64,000 nt of DNA from a virus (lineage: Duplodnaviria; Caudoviricetes): positions 22,278 through 86,277 of IMG/VR virus record IMGVR_UViG_3300012663_001722, one strand, 5' to 3'. The position numbers and the translations under genes are program-made. Positions 8,440-17,503 of this stretch are shown piece by piece. Under the pieces are notes generated by a model. The model searched no databases and had not been told where the DNA came from. It was given only the letters and a program-made list of their open reading frames with translations. The stretch's first letter is position 1, and every line of letters begins with the position of its first letter.

Positions 8440-8703
8440 TTAGAGAGTTTCAATGGTGTTTTTTCGACCTGATTGTTTTTTTACTTTGTTAAGAACATCA
8501 TTCCAGCCAGAGCCAGCACGGCGTATAACACTAACAACACCGCCACCATCATAGCTTACACTTGGTGCAGCTAGACAACGAACGATTTTGCCCTCTGTCC
8601 CACAATGCGGACATGGGCTTTGTGTTGGAAGATCACGATCAGCTAGTCTTACGCTCTGTTCCCAACGGGTGTCGCAATCGCTGCAATGATAATCATAGTT
8701 CAT
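8440..8703 (-). CDS. FmdB-family zinc-ribbon protein
   Basis: YDYHCSDC...CPHCG. Confidence 0.8.
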   Translation of the reverse strand: MNYDYHCSDCDTRWEQSVRLADRDLPTQSPCPHCGTEGKIVRCLAAPSVSYDGGGVVSVIRRAGSGWNDVLNKVKKQSGRKNTIETL

Positions 8704-8704
8704 A

Positions 8705-9154
8705 TTAAATTAAATTAGGAAATGCCTTTTGAACAAGAGCTTCTGTAAGTTTAGGATAAAGATTCTGCAACTTTTTGTCTTTCATCGCAATAAGAATTTT
8801 TGCATCAGCTGGATGACATGTTTCAAGAAGCTTGATAAACACAGTCTCACGCTTTACGCTGCCAATTTGTTTTTTAGCGCCCTTAACAAGATATGCCAAA
8901 TCAAAGATCGCCTTTTCAATGTGGCGATATTGCATGCCTGCGATATCTGGTTGCAGACTATATGGCGGTGCTCCTTCCGGCAAATCAAAAGTTACGCTAC
9001 TCTTATAGTTGGCTTGCAAGATTGTCTTGATTGCAAATGTGCTGTATTGTTGTAAAATAGCGGCGCGATCATCGATATTTTTTGCTTCACTTACCAATAC
9101 GAAAACTTCGTGTGGCAATTTAACCTGATTATGTTTTGCTGTTTGTTCTTTCAT
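8705..9154 (-). CDS. conserved T4-like hypothetical protein
   Basis: ...KRE.VFIKLLE.CHPADAKILIAMKDK pattern; start moved to 9154 (ATGA overlap with rnh). Confidence 0.75.
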   Translation of the reverse strand: MKEQTAKHNQVKLPHEVFVLVSEAKNIDDRAAILQQYSTFAIKTILQANYKSSVTFDLPEGAPPYSLQPDIAGMQYRHIEKAIFDLAYLVKGAKKQIGSVKRETVFIKLLETCHPADAKILIAMKDKKLQNLYPKLTEALVQKAFPNLI

Positions 9155-10017
9155 TTTTTTACGAAAAATTCTTCTGCAGAACCAACCAATTGATTGCACC
9201 GTTTGCTAATCAAATAGTTTAGAACCTTAGAATTGTTTTTTGCACTCTTACGTGCATATTCTTCATTTATAGAATTAATTAAATCCTCTGGAATTTGAGT
9301 CAAGTCAATCATCTTCATATTGCGCATATAGTTTCGATATGTCTCAGAATTCAAATATTCACTTGGCTGTTTAGTTTTACTTGCTTCATACCATGAGTCA
9401 AGAGTTTTACTTGATAATGGCTTTTGACGGCTGCCGCTTACAAAGACACTATCTTCGCTAAGAACGTTTGGCACACCATCACTTGTATCACCTCGCATAA
9501 TATGTTCAAAGAGCATGCGATGCGGGTTTTTCTCAACAATCTTTTTCTTAAGTGCTGGACTAAATTGTTCAACATTGCTATAGCGCTGCAACTGACCAAA
9601 ATCTTTATCGCTACTAATAATCATAATTGGCTCGCTCTGGCCAAATTCTTGTGTATTTGCTACAAGCGTTGCAATAATATCATCAGCCTCTGCACCTCGG
9701 ACTTGCAGCACTCGATATGGCATAAATTCATCAATCTCTGCTTTTACAGTATTGATAATCTCATAGATCTCTTTCCAATCTCGATCGCTTGACTCGCGAT
9801 TGGTTTTACGTGAAGCTTTATATTCTGCAAAAACAGTTTTGCGCCAGCTATTGCTATCACAAACAATAACCGTTTCTCCATAGTTGTCGCGATATTTTGC
9901 ATTATACATGCGTAAGCTATTTAAGATCATGTGCCGCACAAGAGCCTCATTGAGGTTTTGTTTTGGTTGTGAAAGTACGCTGCTAATGCAAATGCCCGAA
10001 AAGTCAATAATTGTCAT
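9151..10017 (-). CDS. rnh: T4-type RNase H (5'-3' exonuclease)
   Basis: IIDFS, SWRK..F..YKASR, GAEADDIIA, SSDKDF.QL, RGDTSDGVPN, NMKMIDL. Confidence 0.92.
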   Translation of the reverse strand: MTIIDFSGICISSVLSQPKQNLNEALVRHMILNSLRMYNAKYRDNYGETVIVCDSNSWRKTVFAEYKASRKTNRESSDRDWKEIYEIINTVKAEIDEFMPYRVLQVRGAEADDIIATLVANTQEFGQSEPIMIISSDKDFGQLQRYSNVEQFSPALKKKIVEKNPHRMLFEHIMRGDTSDGVPNVLSEDSVFVSGSRQKPLSSKTLDSWYEASKTKQPSEYLNSETYRNYMRNMKMIDLTQIPEDLINSINEEYARKSAKNNSKVLNYLISKRCNQLVGSAEEFFVKK

Positions 10018-10024
10018 ACGTTCT

Positions 10025-10468
10025 CTATTCTACACAAGAATTAGAATTTGTAAACTCTTTTTTTAATTTTTTTACGTGGTTGCGGTGAATGCGCGCCTGT
10101 ATAATGCCATTGTAATAGCTGTCATCTAGGAGGACTTGTCGATCCATTTGTTCCTTAAGCTCCAAATAGCCCATAACACCAGCAGTCTCGCAAAGATGAA
10201 GTATCTCCCTAGAAAAGCGACTGGCTCCAAATTCTTCAACAAGTGCCTGGGTTTCTGTTGAACTGCCAAAATAGTTTTTCCAGTCGCTTTCCTTTACGCT
10301 CCGACGTTTTCGAGTTTTGCCCTTTAATGGTGCTTTGGTTACTTTGCTCCAGAACTTTTTCTTGCCAATGTATTTTTTACCATTCACAAGATCTGTAAGA
10401 AGATAGACAAATCCAAGATATTCGCCTATCATCTCACTTGTAAACTCCGTATCATTATAAATCCACAT
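10025..10468 (-). CDS. denA: GIY-YIG endonuclease II-like nuclease
   Basis: GFVYLLTDLVNGKKYIGKKKF...ESDWKNYFGSS...F.REIL..C....Y.E...Q....VL....YYNG. Confidence 0.75.
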   Translation of the reverse strand: MWIYNDTEFTSEMIGEYLGFVYLLTDLVNGKKYIGKKKFWSKVTKAPLKGKTRKRRSVKESDWKNYFGSSTETQALVEEFGASRFSREILHLCETAGVMGYLELKEQMDRQVLLDDSYYNGIIQARIHRNHVKKLKKEFTNSNSCVE

Positions 10469-10484
10469 ATTTTATCTATGACTC

Positions 10485-10688
10485 TCAATAATCATCAATG
10501 TCACAAATATCGTCTTCACAAATATCTGATCCGCAAAATGGACAATATCGAGGCTCGCGGCATTCTTCAAGATCATTATAAATCTCTTGATCAAGCTCTT
10601 CTACATCTGCGCTCCAAAGATCATCACTATCATCCCATGTTAGTTCATAGACCAATCTGCAGCAACTACATTTAAACTTTTCAACCAT
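10485..10688 (-). CDS. small zinc-finger protein
   Basis: CSCC...YCPFCG. Confidence 0.65.
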   Translation of the reverse strand: MVEKFKCSCCRLVYELTWDDSDDLWSADVEELDQEIYNDLEECREPRYCPFCGSDICEDDICDIDDY

Positions 10689-10691
10689 AAT

Positions 10692-12353
10692 TTATGCTTC
10701 ACATGTTTGGCAACTAACAATACTGCGGGCAAGATTTTGCGCAGGATTTGTACCGCGTTGATAATAGAGACTCTTAATGCCATTTTCCCATGCAAAGATT
10801 TGCAGATCGCTGACATCCTTTGGTTTTGTATCAGTACTAATCATAAGATTTAAACTCTGACCTTGATCAATATAAGGCTGACGTTGTGCAGCTTGTATGA
10901 CAACATCCTTTTGCGAGATCTCAGCAAACGTCTTAAAGACTGCACGAGTTTCATCGCTAAGTAATTCAGTGAGATGTTGTACACTACCACCGTGTATTAG
11001 AATATCTTTCCAGACTGAAGCTTTGTCTGCACCTTTGTCGGCCAGTACTTTTTTCAGATATGGATTCTTATATGTGAATTTACCTTTTGCAAGATCCTTA
11101 ACAAAATAGTTACTATTTAGTGGTTCAATGCTTGGCGATACCTGACCTAGAATAGCACTGCTTGAAACAGTTGGCGCAATAGCAAGTGTTGTTGCATTAC
11201 GACGACCATAGCCTTTCAATAATTCTGGCTCACCAAAAATTTGAGCAAGTTGGCCAGTAGCAGAATCAGTTCTTTCACGAATCGTTTTCCAGATTTCAAC
11301 GTTGCGAGCTTGAGCTTCAATAGTTTCAAATGCAATGGCATTCTTTTGTAGATAGCTATGCCAGCCAAGTACACCAACACCAAGTGCTCGCTGATTCATT
11401 GCAAATTTACGAGGAGCGCTCATGTGTGGAATGTCTGCAGTCTTGTCAATAAACTCGCTCATGACTGCATCCAAGAAATAGACGAGGGTTTCAATCGCAT
11501 CAGTATCTTTAATCTCTTCCCAATTTTCAAGATTGAGACTGCTAAGATTGCATACAAAGCTTTCGTCAGGACTGCTGCTTAACATAATCTCACTACAAAG
11601 ATTGCTTGCATGAATTGTCAAGCCCTTATCTTTATAGACCTGAGGTGCGGCATCATTAACATTATCAGTAAAGAACAAATAAGGATAGCCACTTTCAAAA
11701 CGCTTTTTAATAATCTTGCCCCATAGAGCACGTTTAGTTTTATCTCCATTAAGCATGCTTTGCATCCATTCATTACTAATGCATGCACCAATGCTCATGT
11801 TTTGAATAGCATGGCCATCACTGCGAATCTTTAAAAATTCTTCAAAGTCTGGATGATCAACTGGCAGATATGCTGCAAAACTGCCACGACGCACACTGCC
11901 TTGACTTACTACATTCATAAGAGTCTCATAGAGCTCCATAAAATGAACTGCTCCAGTGCTTGTGCCTTCACTATTAATTGCACTGCCGCGGCCGCGAAGA
12001 GCTCCAAAATATGCACTTGTGCCACCGCCGTATTTTGTCATCATTGCAACCTCAGCAATCTTTGACCCAGCAATTTCACTTAGTGTGTCATCAATATAAC
12101 TACCAAAGCAACTAATTGGCAAGCCTCGATCTCGACCGAAATTTGCCCAAATAGGACTACTCAAACTATAAAAGCCTCTATGCAAATAGCCTAAAAACTT
12201 ATTTGCGAATCCATCAATTTTTAAAATGTGTTCAGCACTAGCGGCAATTGCTGTCATTCGTTCTTCTGCACTCTCACCCTCAAGTAAATAGCCTCTGCTC
12301 AAAAATTTGCGGCTATCTTCATTCAACCAATATATTTCCATAGTATCATTCAT
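10692..12353 (-). CDS. nrdA: class I ribonucleotide reductase alpha subunit (short, no N-terminal ATP-cone evident)
   Basis: LPISCF, GGGTSAYFG, RRGSFAAYL, SNLCSEI, CNLSSLN, AIAPTVSS, IDQGQSLN, KSLYY; C-terminal CxxC. Confidence 0.95.
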   Translation of the reverse strand: MNDTMEIYWLNEDSRKFLSRGYLLEGESAEERMTAIAASAEHILKIDGFANKFLGYLHRGFYSLSSPIWANFGRDRGLPISCFGSYIDDTLSEIAGSKIAEVAMMTKYGGGTSAYFGALRGRGSAINSEGTSTGAVHFMELYETLMNVVSQGSVRRGSFAAYLPVDHPDFEEFLKIRSDGHAIQNMSIGACISNEWMQSMLNGDKTKRALWGKIIKKRFESGYPYLFFTDNVNDAAPQVYKDKGLTIHASNLCSEIMLSSSPDESFVCNLSSLNLENWEEIKDTDAIETLVYFLDAVMSEFIDKTADIPHMSAPRKFAMNQRALGVGVLGWHSYLQKNAIAFETIEAQARNVEIWKTIRERTDSATGQLAQIFGEPELLKGYGRRNATTLAIAPTVSSSAILGQVSPSIEPLNSNYFVKDLAKGKFTYKNPYLKKVLADKGADKASVWKDILIHGGSVQHLTELLSDETRAVFKTFAEISQKDVVIQAAQRQPYIDQGQSLNLMISTDTKPKDVSDLQIFAWENGIKSLYYQRGTNPAQNLARSIVSCQTCEA

Positions 12354-12365
12354 TAATATTATATA

Positions 12366-13364
12366 TCAAAACAAATCATCTTCATCAAAGCTCTGGTTTT
12401 TCTTGCTATAGCCAGTATCTTTTGTATGAAAGAAGTCTGTCATATTATTTCCAAAGAGCTCTTCATCAAACCATGTTGTGGCTTCTAGCAGTTCAGTATT
12501 AATATCTTCAAATGGTGCTTTGAAACCAATTTGAATCATGCTATTGTTAATACGATTTTTAATAAACTCTTTGAGCAGTGGTGCACTCAGTGCTGGCTCT
12601 TGTATGCCATTGATCATCCAATCAACAATCTTGCTCTCTGCTTTAAATGCTTCATGCGCTTCATGTGCGATACGCTCTTCAAGCTCTGCATCAAATAGAT
12701 CTGGCAACTCTTCACGAATCGTATTAATAATTTTCATGCCAACGAGAGCATGAATGTTTTCTTCATTGCGTGTATATTTGACCTGTTGATCTGTATCAAA
12801 TAGCACATTGCGATAGCGTGCAAACCAGTTAATGACATAGAACTGACTAAAGAGACTTACGTTCTCAACAAAGAGTGTAAACAAGATAAGAGCATAGAGA
12901 TATTGTTTGCGACTATCTTTATAAAATTTGTGGGTATATTTACGAAGATATTTTACTCTTCCTTGAATCCAATCAAGTTTTAGATTCTCTTCAAATACAT
13001 CCTCCATATCAAGGACCTTTAACAATCTCTCATAGGCATTATTATGAATTACTTCAATATTTGCCATAACATAGCCAAGATCTTGCAAACCAGGATGTGG
13101 TAGATTCTCACCGAGTTTAGCCCAAAAAGTCTTGACTGCAACTTCGATTTGACCAACTGCACTTAATGTTCGTATTATAATTTGTCGTTCCTGTTCTGTC
13201 AAGACTGTCTTAAATTGGTGTAGATCTGCATTAAAACTAAATTCCTTATCTGTCCAAAATCCATTATGCATGCTCTCAATAAACTGTTCTGTCCATGGAT
13301 AGCGATTAGGTTTTCGACTAATTTGTTCATCAAATATCGTAGTAGGTGCTTGTTCTATTTTCAT
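12366..13364 (-). CDS. nrdB: ribonucleotide reductase beta subunit
   Basis: EVIHNNAY, VENVSLFSQFY, NEENIHA, TDFFH...Y.K. Confidence 0.95.
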   Translation of the reverse strand: MKIEQAPTTIFDEQISRKPNRYPWTEQFIESMHNGFWTDKEFSFNADLHQFKTVLTEQERQIIIRTLSAVGQIEVAVKTFWAKLGENLPHPGLQDLGYVMANIEVIHNNAYERLLKVLDMEDVFEENLKLDWIQGRVKYLRKYTHKFYKDSRKQYLYALILFTLFVENVSLFSQFYVINWFARYRNVLFDTDQQVKYTRNEENIHALVGMKIINTIREELPDLFDAELEERIAHEAHEAFKAESKIVDWMINGIQEPALSAPLLKEFIKNRINNSMIQIGFKAPFEDINTELLEATTWFDEELFGNNMTDFFHTKDTGYSKKNQSFDEDDLF

Positions 13365-13371
13365 TTAATAT

Positions 13372-13401
13372 AGTATAAATTATTTTTGTGAAATTGTAAA
13401 C
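13372..13401 (-). promoter_or_regulatory. sigma70-type promoter for nrdB (leaderless geometry)
   Basis: GTTTAC-N18-TATACT-N7-ATG. Confidence 0.75.
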
Positions 13402-13402
13402 C

Positions 13403-13729
13403 TTATTTTGAAACTTTTCTTCGAATCATTTTTAATTCTCCGGTTTTGGAGTTACGCAATAATATCGTTTTATTAGGATTTTTCGTTGCATATTCATGAA
13501 TAGCCTTTTGTTGTTCACTGCTGCAATCAAGTTCTCCTAGCCATTCTTCAGTTGTGGCTTTTCTCTTATTCTCAAAACGTCGCCATACTCTTGGCACAAG
13601 ATTAAACATTTTATATTTCTTTCGATCCATGCCAAGTGGAATTGGATTGTCTGCTATTGCATCAGCTGACATACTTGGAGCATTATTGCCTGCCTCCCCT
13701 CCTGAAATTTCATCTTCTTTTATTTTCAT
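13403..13729 (-). CDS. hypothetical late protein
   Basis: ORF preceded by TATAGATA-N6-ATG. Confidence 0.7.
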   Translation of the reverse strand: MKIKEDEISGGEAGNNAPSMSADAIADNPIPLGMDRKKYKMFNLVPRVWRRFENKRKATTEEWLGELDCSSEQQKAIHEYATKNPNKTILLRNSKTGELKMIRRKVSK

Positions 13730-13760
13730 CTAGACTATCTATAAAGATTCGCGATTCAAC

Positions 13761-14135
13761 CTACATCTCTTTTAGTCTCTTAGCAACTAAAAGATCGCTT
13801 GGTATATCATGAAAATCATCATAGTTAATATAGTTATAATACATAAGAAATGTTTTTAGCGCTGGCCACTGAGTCTCCTTAAGCTTATAAAAACACATGT
13901 TTGTTGCCGCTTCATAGCGAAACACATTAAAGATGCAAATTAGATGATTGCTAATAAGACGCTCATGCAATTCACCTTTATCAGTATATTGTGTAAATAA
14001 CTTTTTGAGATATTTAAATCGGTCAAGATCCTCATTAAACTCATTAATGTTTAGAATACGAGGATTGTTATAATTTTGTGCAGCATATAGCACAAAATTT
14101 TCACCGCTTATTGAATTATGATCGATTCTATTCAC
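13761..14135 (-). CDS. conserved T4-like hypothetical protein
   Basis: LYAAQNYNNP...EF.EDL.RFKYLKKLF..Y....L.ERLI.NHLI. Confidence 0.8.
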   Translation of the reverse strand: MNRIDHNSISGENFVLYAAQNYNNPRILNINEFNEDLDRFKYLKKLFTQYTDKGELHERLISNHLICIFNVFRYEAATNMCFYKLKETQWPALKTFLMYYNYINYDDFHDIPSDLLVAKRLKEM

Positions 14136-14397
14136 AGATTTTTATCTTAAGATCGCTGCTGCCAATCCTATATATTCTGTGGTATTCCATTTTTGGAATA
14201 TGGAGTTTATCACCGATGCGTAATTCAAAAGGCAATTGATTATCGCACTGTAGCATCCAGCCAACTCCTTCGAGTATTTCAATTTCACGTGATTCATGAT
14301 CTCGGTGCCATACCATTTCATCATCGTTAACATCATGCTTAAATAAGCGTTCATATGATTCATCATTTGTTTTTTTATCAATATATGGTTTATTCAT
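14128..14397 (-). CDS. cupin-like hypothetical protein
   Basis: WHRD...REIEILEG.GW.LQ.DN.LP..L..GD...IP...YHR; start moved to 14397. Confidence 0.65.
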   Translation of the reverse strand: MNKPYIDKKTNDESYERLFKHDVNDDEMVWHRDHESREIEILEGVGWMLQCDNQLPFELRIGDKLHIPKMEYHRIYRIGSSDLKIKICE

Positions 14398-14398
14398 A

Positions 14399-14935
14399 TT
14401 ACCAGAAAAATGATCCTCCACCCTTAAGACCTAATTCTTTTGCATAATAAGGCAATCGACATGCCCAATAACCAGGCTTTGTTTTATCTTTCTTTGTTGA
14501 ACATTTATGTCTTGCCGCAAAACTAGCTCGAGCCTCTGGATCATTTATTTTTGCATTCAGACCAGTTGTATCACCAAACTCTACCTTAATTACATTACCT
14601 TTATCATTCTTAACAAAGACATAAAACTTTTTGCTGCCGCCTCGTTTAGGCTTATTAAGTTCAGGTTGAGTTTCTTCTATTAAAGGATGATCAAGCGGAA
14701 CGATCTCTCCTTCATAGAGAGCAGATTCACCAATGTCACTTTCAAGTATCATCTTTTCAAAGCTAGTTGGTGCTAGTTCATCTATGCGAGTCTTAGCATA
14801 TCTAAATAGTTCATAATAGCTTTCACTATGTGGCCTAAAAATATTTTCAGCAATAGGTATATTATTCTCAATATGAAAATCAAAGGCCTTTTCAATATCA
14901 ACACGTTCACTTAAAATATTTGCTAATTTTTTCAT
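14399..14935 (-). CDS. conserved phage protein (KKFYVFVKN...ARHKC...YWAC C-terminal domain)
   Basis: Start moved to MKKLANILSE (14935) because the upstream part of the track ORF lies inside the hairpin element. Confidence 0.75.
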   Translation of the reverse strand: MKKLANILSERVDIEKAFDFHIENNIPIAENIFRPHSESYYELFRYAKTRIDELAPTSFEKMILESDIGESALYEGEIVPLDHPLIEETQPELNKPKRGGSKKFYVFVKNDKGNVIKVEFGDTTGLNAKINDPEARASFAARHKCSTKKDKTKPGYWACRLPYYAKELGLKGGGSFFW

Positions 14936-14941
14936 TTTTTG

Positions 14942-15007
14942 GTTTACAAACTTTCTAGTATATGTATAATAGGTGCTTAGCACCTCCCGCTGAATTTATG
15001 AAGCGGG
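14942..15007 (+). ncRNA. counter-oriented promoter plus double-hairpin element, copy 1 (candidate sRNA or origin)
   Basis: GTTTAC-N17-TATAAT, then AGGTGC-TTA-GCACCT and CCCGCT-GAATTTATGA-AGCGGG. Confidence 0.55.
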
Positions 15008-15077
15008 TAATAATATTTAAATGTTCTTATAATTTATCTATATTTGTTAATAAAACATTAAGATCTTAGTAATCATA

Positions 15078-16352
15078 TTAAAGTATGCTATTCCAATTTA
15101 AGGAGCCATGAACATTGCCGCCGCCAGTGCTTAAGTGGCGGACTCCTAATGTAAATGTATCAGAAGCACCACCGATCGTTCTGCCTAATTGATGTTCAAA
15201 TGCATATTGTAAATTTTCATTAATTATTTCACGAGATCGATTGCTACTTTCAAATAGTCCACTTTCTTCAACAATCCCGCCTGTCATTGAAGTTGCAGTT
15301 ATGTTATATTCTAACACTGATCCACTACCAGTATGTGTTGTCCAACTTCCTCCAGTAATATCGGCGTTTCGTATAAGAGCATATTCATAAATGATTCCAT
15401 TTCCAGTGCCAAGAATATGAACTTGTGAAGGTAAAACAATAGCATCAGTATATCCACTTTTCAAACGAAGTGATACAACTGGAGCATATCCGCCGCTTGC
15501 GACTGAAGTACTTGCAATAGCTGTTGTTCTTGTTGCAGCCCACTGTTTCGTAATAGGTTCATAACCGCCTTCAGATATTACAGTAGAACAAATTTGCTTC
15601 ATTGTAGTTGAGCCGCTTGTAGCTGCTAAGTTTTCAATTTCATAGCGAATAGGCAAGCAAGCTGTTGACATATATGTCGTTGTTCGGGCGTTATCATTGT
15701 GGAATGTATGAGCTACAATTAAGTGGCCATCTACAACAAATCCGCAGCGAACATCGCCTACACCCAACCATTCAATATCCATCCAAAATATTTGAGCTTT
15801 AGTAAAATCAATTGTTCGGCCACTATAACCTGTACCGTCAAACTTATCACCATTCCATTCGCTACGTGACGCAGTTAGCGTAGTATTAAGGCTACGACTG
15901 CGAATCTTTAATGAAACGGTTTCACCATCAGCTTCAAGAAATATACCATCATCATTTCCAAAATAGCCAATGCGTTGGCGAACATTTGCCTTAAGAGTTC
16001 CTAAACAAAAACTAGCAAGAATTAGCAAACTTTTTCCAGGCTGATACGACATTACTCGACGTGTTTCGCGAACAACTTTGCTGCCTGACTCATTCGTTAC
16101 AGCTAGCGCCATTACGTTTTCAGTTGCCACGTGAGTAGCAGTTCCATTTGTTGTGGTTAGCGTGTCCCACTTGCCATTATCGCCATAACGATATTGACTA
16201 TCAAACAATGTGAATGGTGCACTTGTTCGTAGTCGACCAAATGCGTCAGTTAACGATCCGCCCGGTGTTAACTGATCGGCCAACATATGAACTTCATATC
16301 TCGCTCCGGCGTTCGTTAATTTCTTAGATTCTGATAAGTATTGAGTAGGCAT
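15078..16352 (-). CDS. conserved phage protein, possibly virion-associated (DAFGRLRTS..FTLFD family)
   Basis: 424-aa beta-rich ORF rich in Thr and Gly, in the late region. Confidence 0.75.
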   Translation of the reverse strand: MPTQYLSESKKLTNAGARYEVHMLADQLTPGGSLTDAFGRLRTSAPFTLFDSQYRYGDNGKWDTLTTTNGTATHVATENVMALAVTNESGSKVVRETRRVMSYQPGKSLLILASFCLGTLKANVRQRIGYFGNDDGIFLEADGETVSLKIRSRSLNTTLTASRSEWNGDKFDGTGYSGRTIDFTKAQIFWMDIEWLGVGDVRCGFVVDGHLIVAHTFHNDNARTTTYMSTACLPIRYEIENLAATSGSTTMKQICSTVISEGGYEPITKQWAATRTTAIASTSVASGGYAPVVSLRLKSGYTDAIVLPSQVHILGTGNGIIYEYALIRNADITGGSWTTHTGSGSVLEYNITATSMTGGIVEESGLFESSNRSREIINENLQYAFEHQLGRTIGGASDTFTLGVRHLSTGGGNVHGSLNWNSIL

Positions 16353-16370
16353 ATTTTATTTAGAGTTATT

Positions 16371-17099
16371 TTAAATGCATTTGCGAATTATATCGGCTTC
16401 TTCGTCACGTCGACGTAACAAACCATCAAGACCTTTACCAACCCATAATCTTTTCATTGCAATTATTTGATCTGCAATATATTTATAAAGTTCTTTGTTA
16501 ATTGGTTTAGTTGCAATAGCGTCTTTTATATTTTTCATTTCAACTCGAGATGCACCCTTTGTGCTGCCACCTCGATTAAAGACAATTGATACAAGAGCTC
16601 CAAAGGCATCAGGATGTAGCTTATCAGCTCCAGGAAAACTCGTCTTGGTTAGTTTAATAAAACGAGGCAATGTTCTCTCATTAAATACTTCCTGAGCGCT
16701 GCTCCATGGAATGTTAATATCCTTTAGACCTGAGATTTTTCCACTAGCAGCTTTGCTCTTTAGACCAATACAACCATGCAAACGAGCAAAAACCTTTGCA
16801 TCAAGTTTGTTTTTCCAGTCACGAGCAAATCCTTCTGCTGTATTATAGCCTAGATCATAGCCAATGCCGATTGTAACACCGCTCTGGCCGCCTGGATAGG
16901 TTGGTCTTTGCAATGCTTTTTTATAATAGCTTTCTCCACCTGTCTCATGTTTAATTATGAGATCATATGATTTCTTAGTTAAGCCATGTGTTTTATCAAG
17001 TCTTTTTTCAAGTATCTCGGGAGATACACTAGTTGGGGTTTCAATAATCTTTTTAGTAAAGATCTTGCCAATTGTGTTTAATATTAATTGTTTAATCAT
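16371..17099 (-). CDS. lysozyme-like muramidase (pesticin/T4-lysozyme-like), candidate endolysin
   Basis: HETGG...YPGGQSGVTIGIGYDLG...ALVSIVFNRG...GLLRRRDEEA. Confidence 0.8.
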   Translation of the reverse strand: MIKQLILNTIGKIFTKKIIETPTSVSPEILEKRLDKTHGLTKKSYDLIIKHETGGESYYKKALQRPTYPGGQSGVTIGIGYDLGYNTAEGFARDWKNKLDAKVFARLHGCIGLKSKAASGKISGLKDINIPWSSAQEVFNERTLPRFIKLTKTSFPGADKLHPDAFGALVSIVFNRGGSTKGASRVEMKNIKDAIATKPINKELYKYIADQIIAMKRLWVGKGLDGLLRRRDEEADIIRKCI

Positions 17100-17503
17100 A
17101 ATCCTCTGTTTGTATTTTGCACAGCACTTAGTGCGTTTCTATTATTAATTACACGACGTAAGATTTCCTGAGTTACGTCAGATATTTTTTGTAGCATCGG
17201 CTTTTGTACACCACCTGTCGAACCATTCTCAAGGCTATTCATCGCTTTTATGAAAGCAGCAATTTGATTTGCCGGCACACCGAGAGTTGGTAAAATTTTT
17301 GATAGCTTAAATTTATCACTAGCTAGATCTTCACTAACTCGTTGGCTAAATGATAGAGCTAGCAAGCCCTTTACGAATTTTGCGGCAGCGGTTGCATCTG
17401 TTTTTGACAGATATTCTCCGTTTGCCGCAAGATCTAGTAGCTGCAGCGCCTGATCAGCAGATATGCCAAGTGCGACGCTTAAGCGATCAATTGATTCAGT
17501 TAC
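17096..17503 (-). CDS. start-less ORF; probable -1 frameshift extension of the upstream protein
   Basis: The frame is open from the A9 run (17504-17512) to 17096 (VTESIDRLSVALGIS...NRGL*). There is no ATG before the track's TTG at 17365. Confidence 0.55.
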   Translation of the reverse strand, partial: VTESIDRLSVALGISADQALQLLDLAANGEYLSKTDATAAAKFVKGLLALSFSQRVSEDLASDKFKLSKILPTLGVPANQIAAFIKAMNSLENGSTGGVQKPMLQKISDVTQEILRRVINNRNALSAVQNTNRGL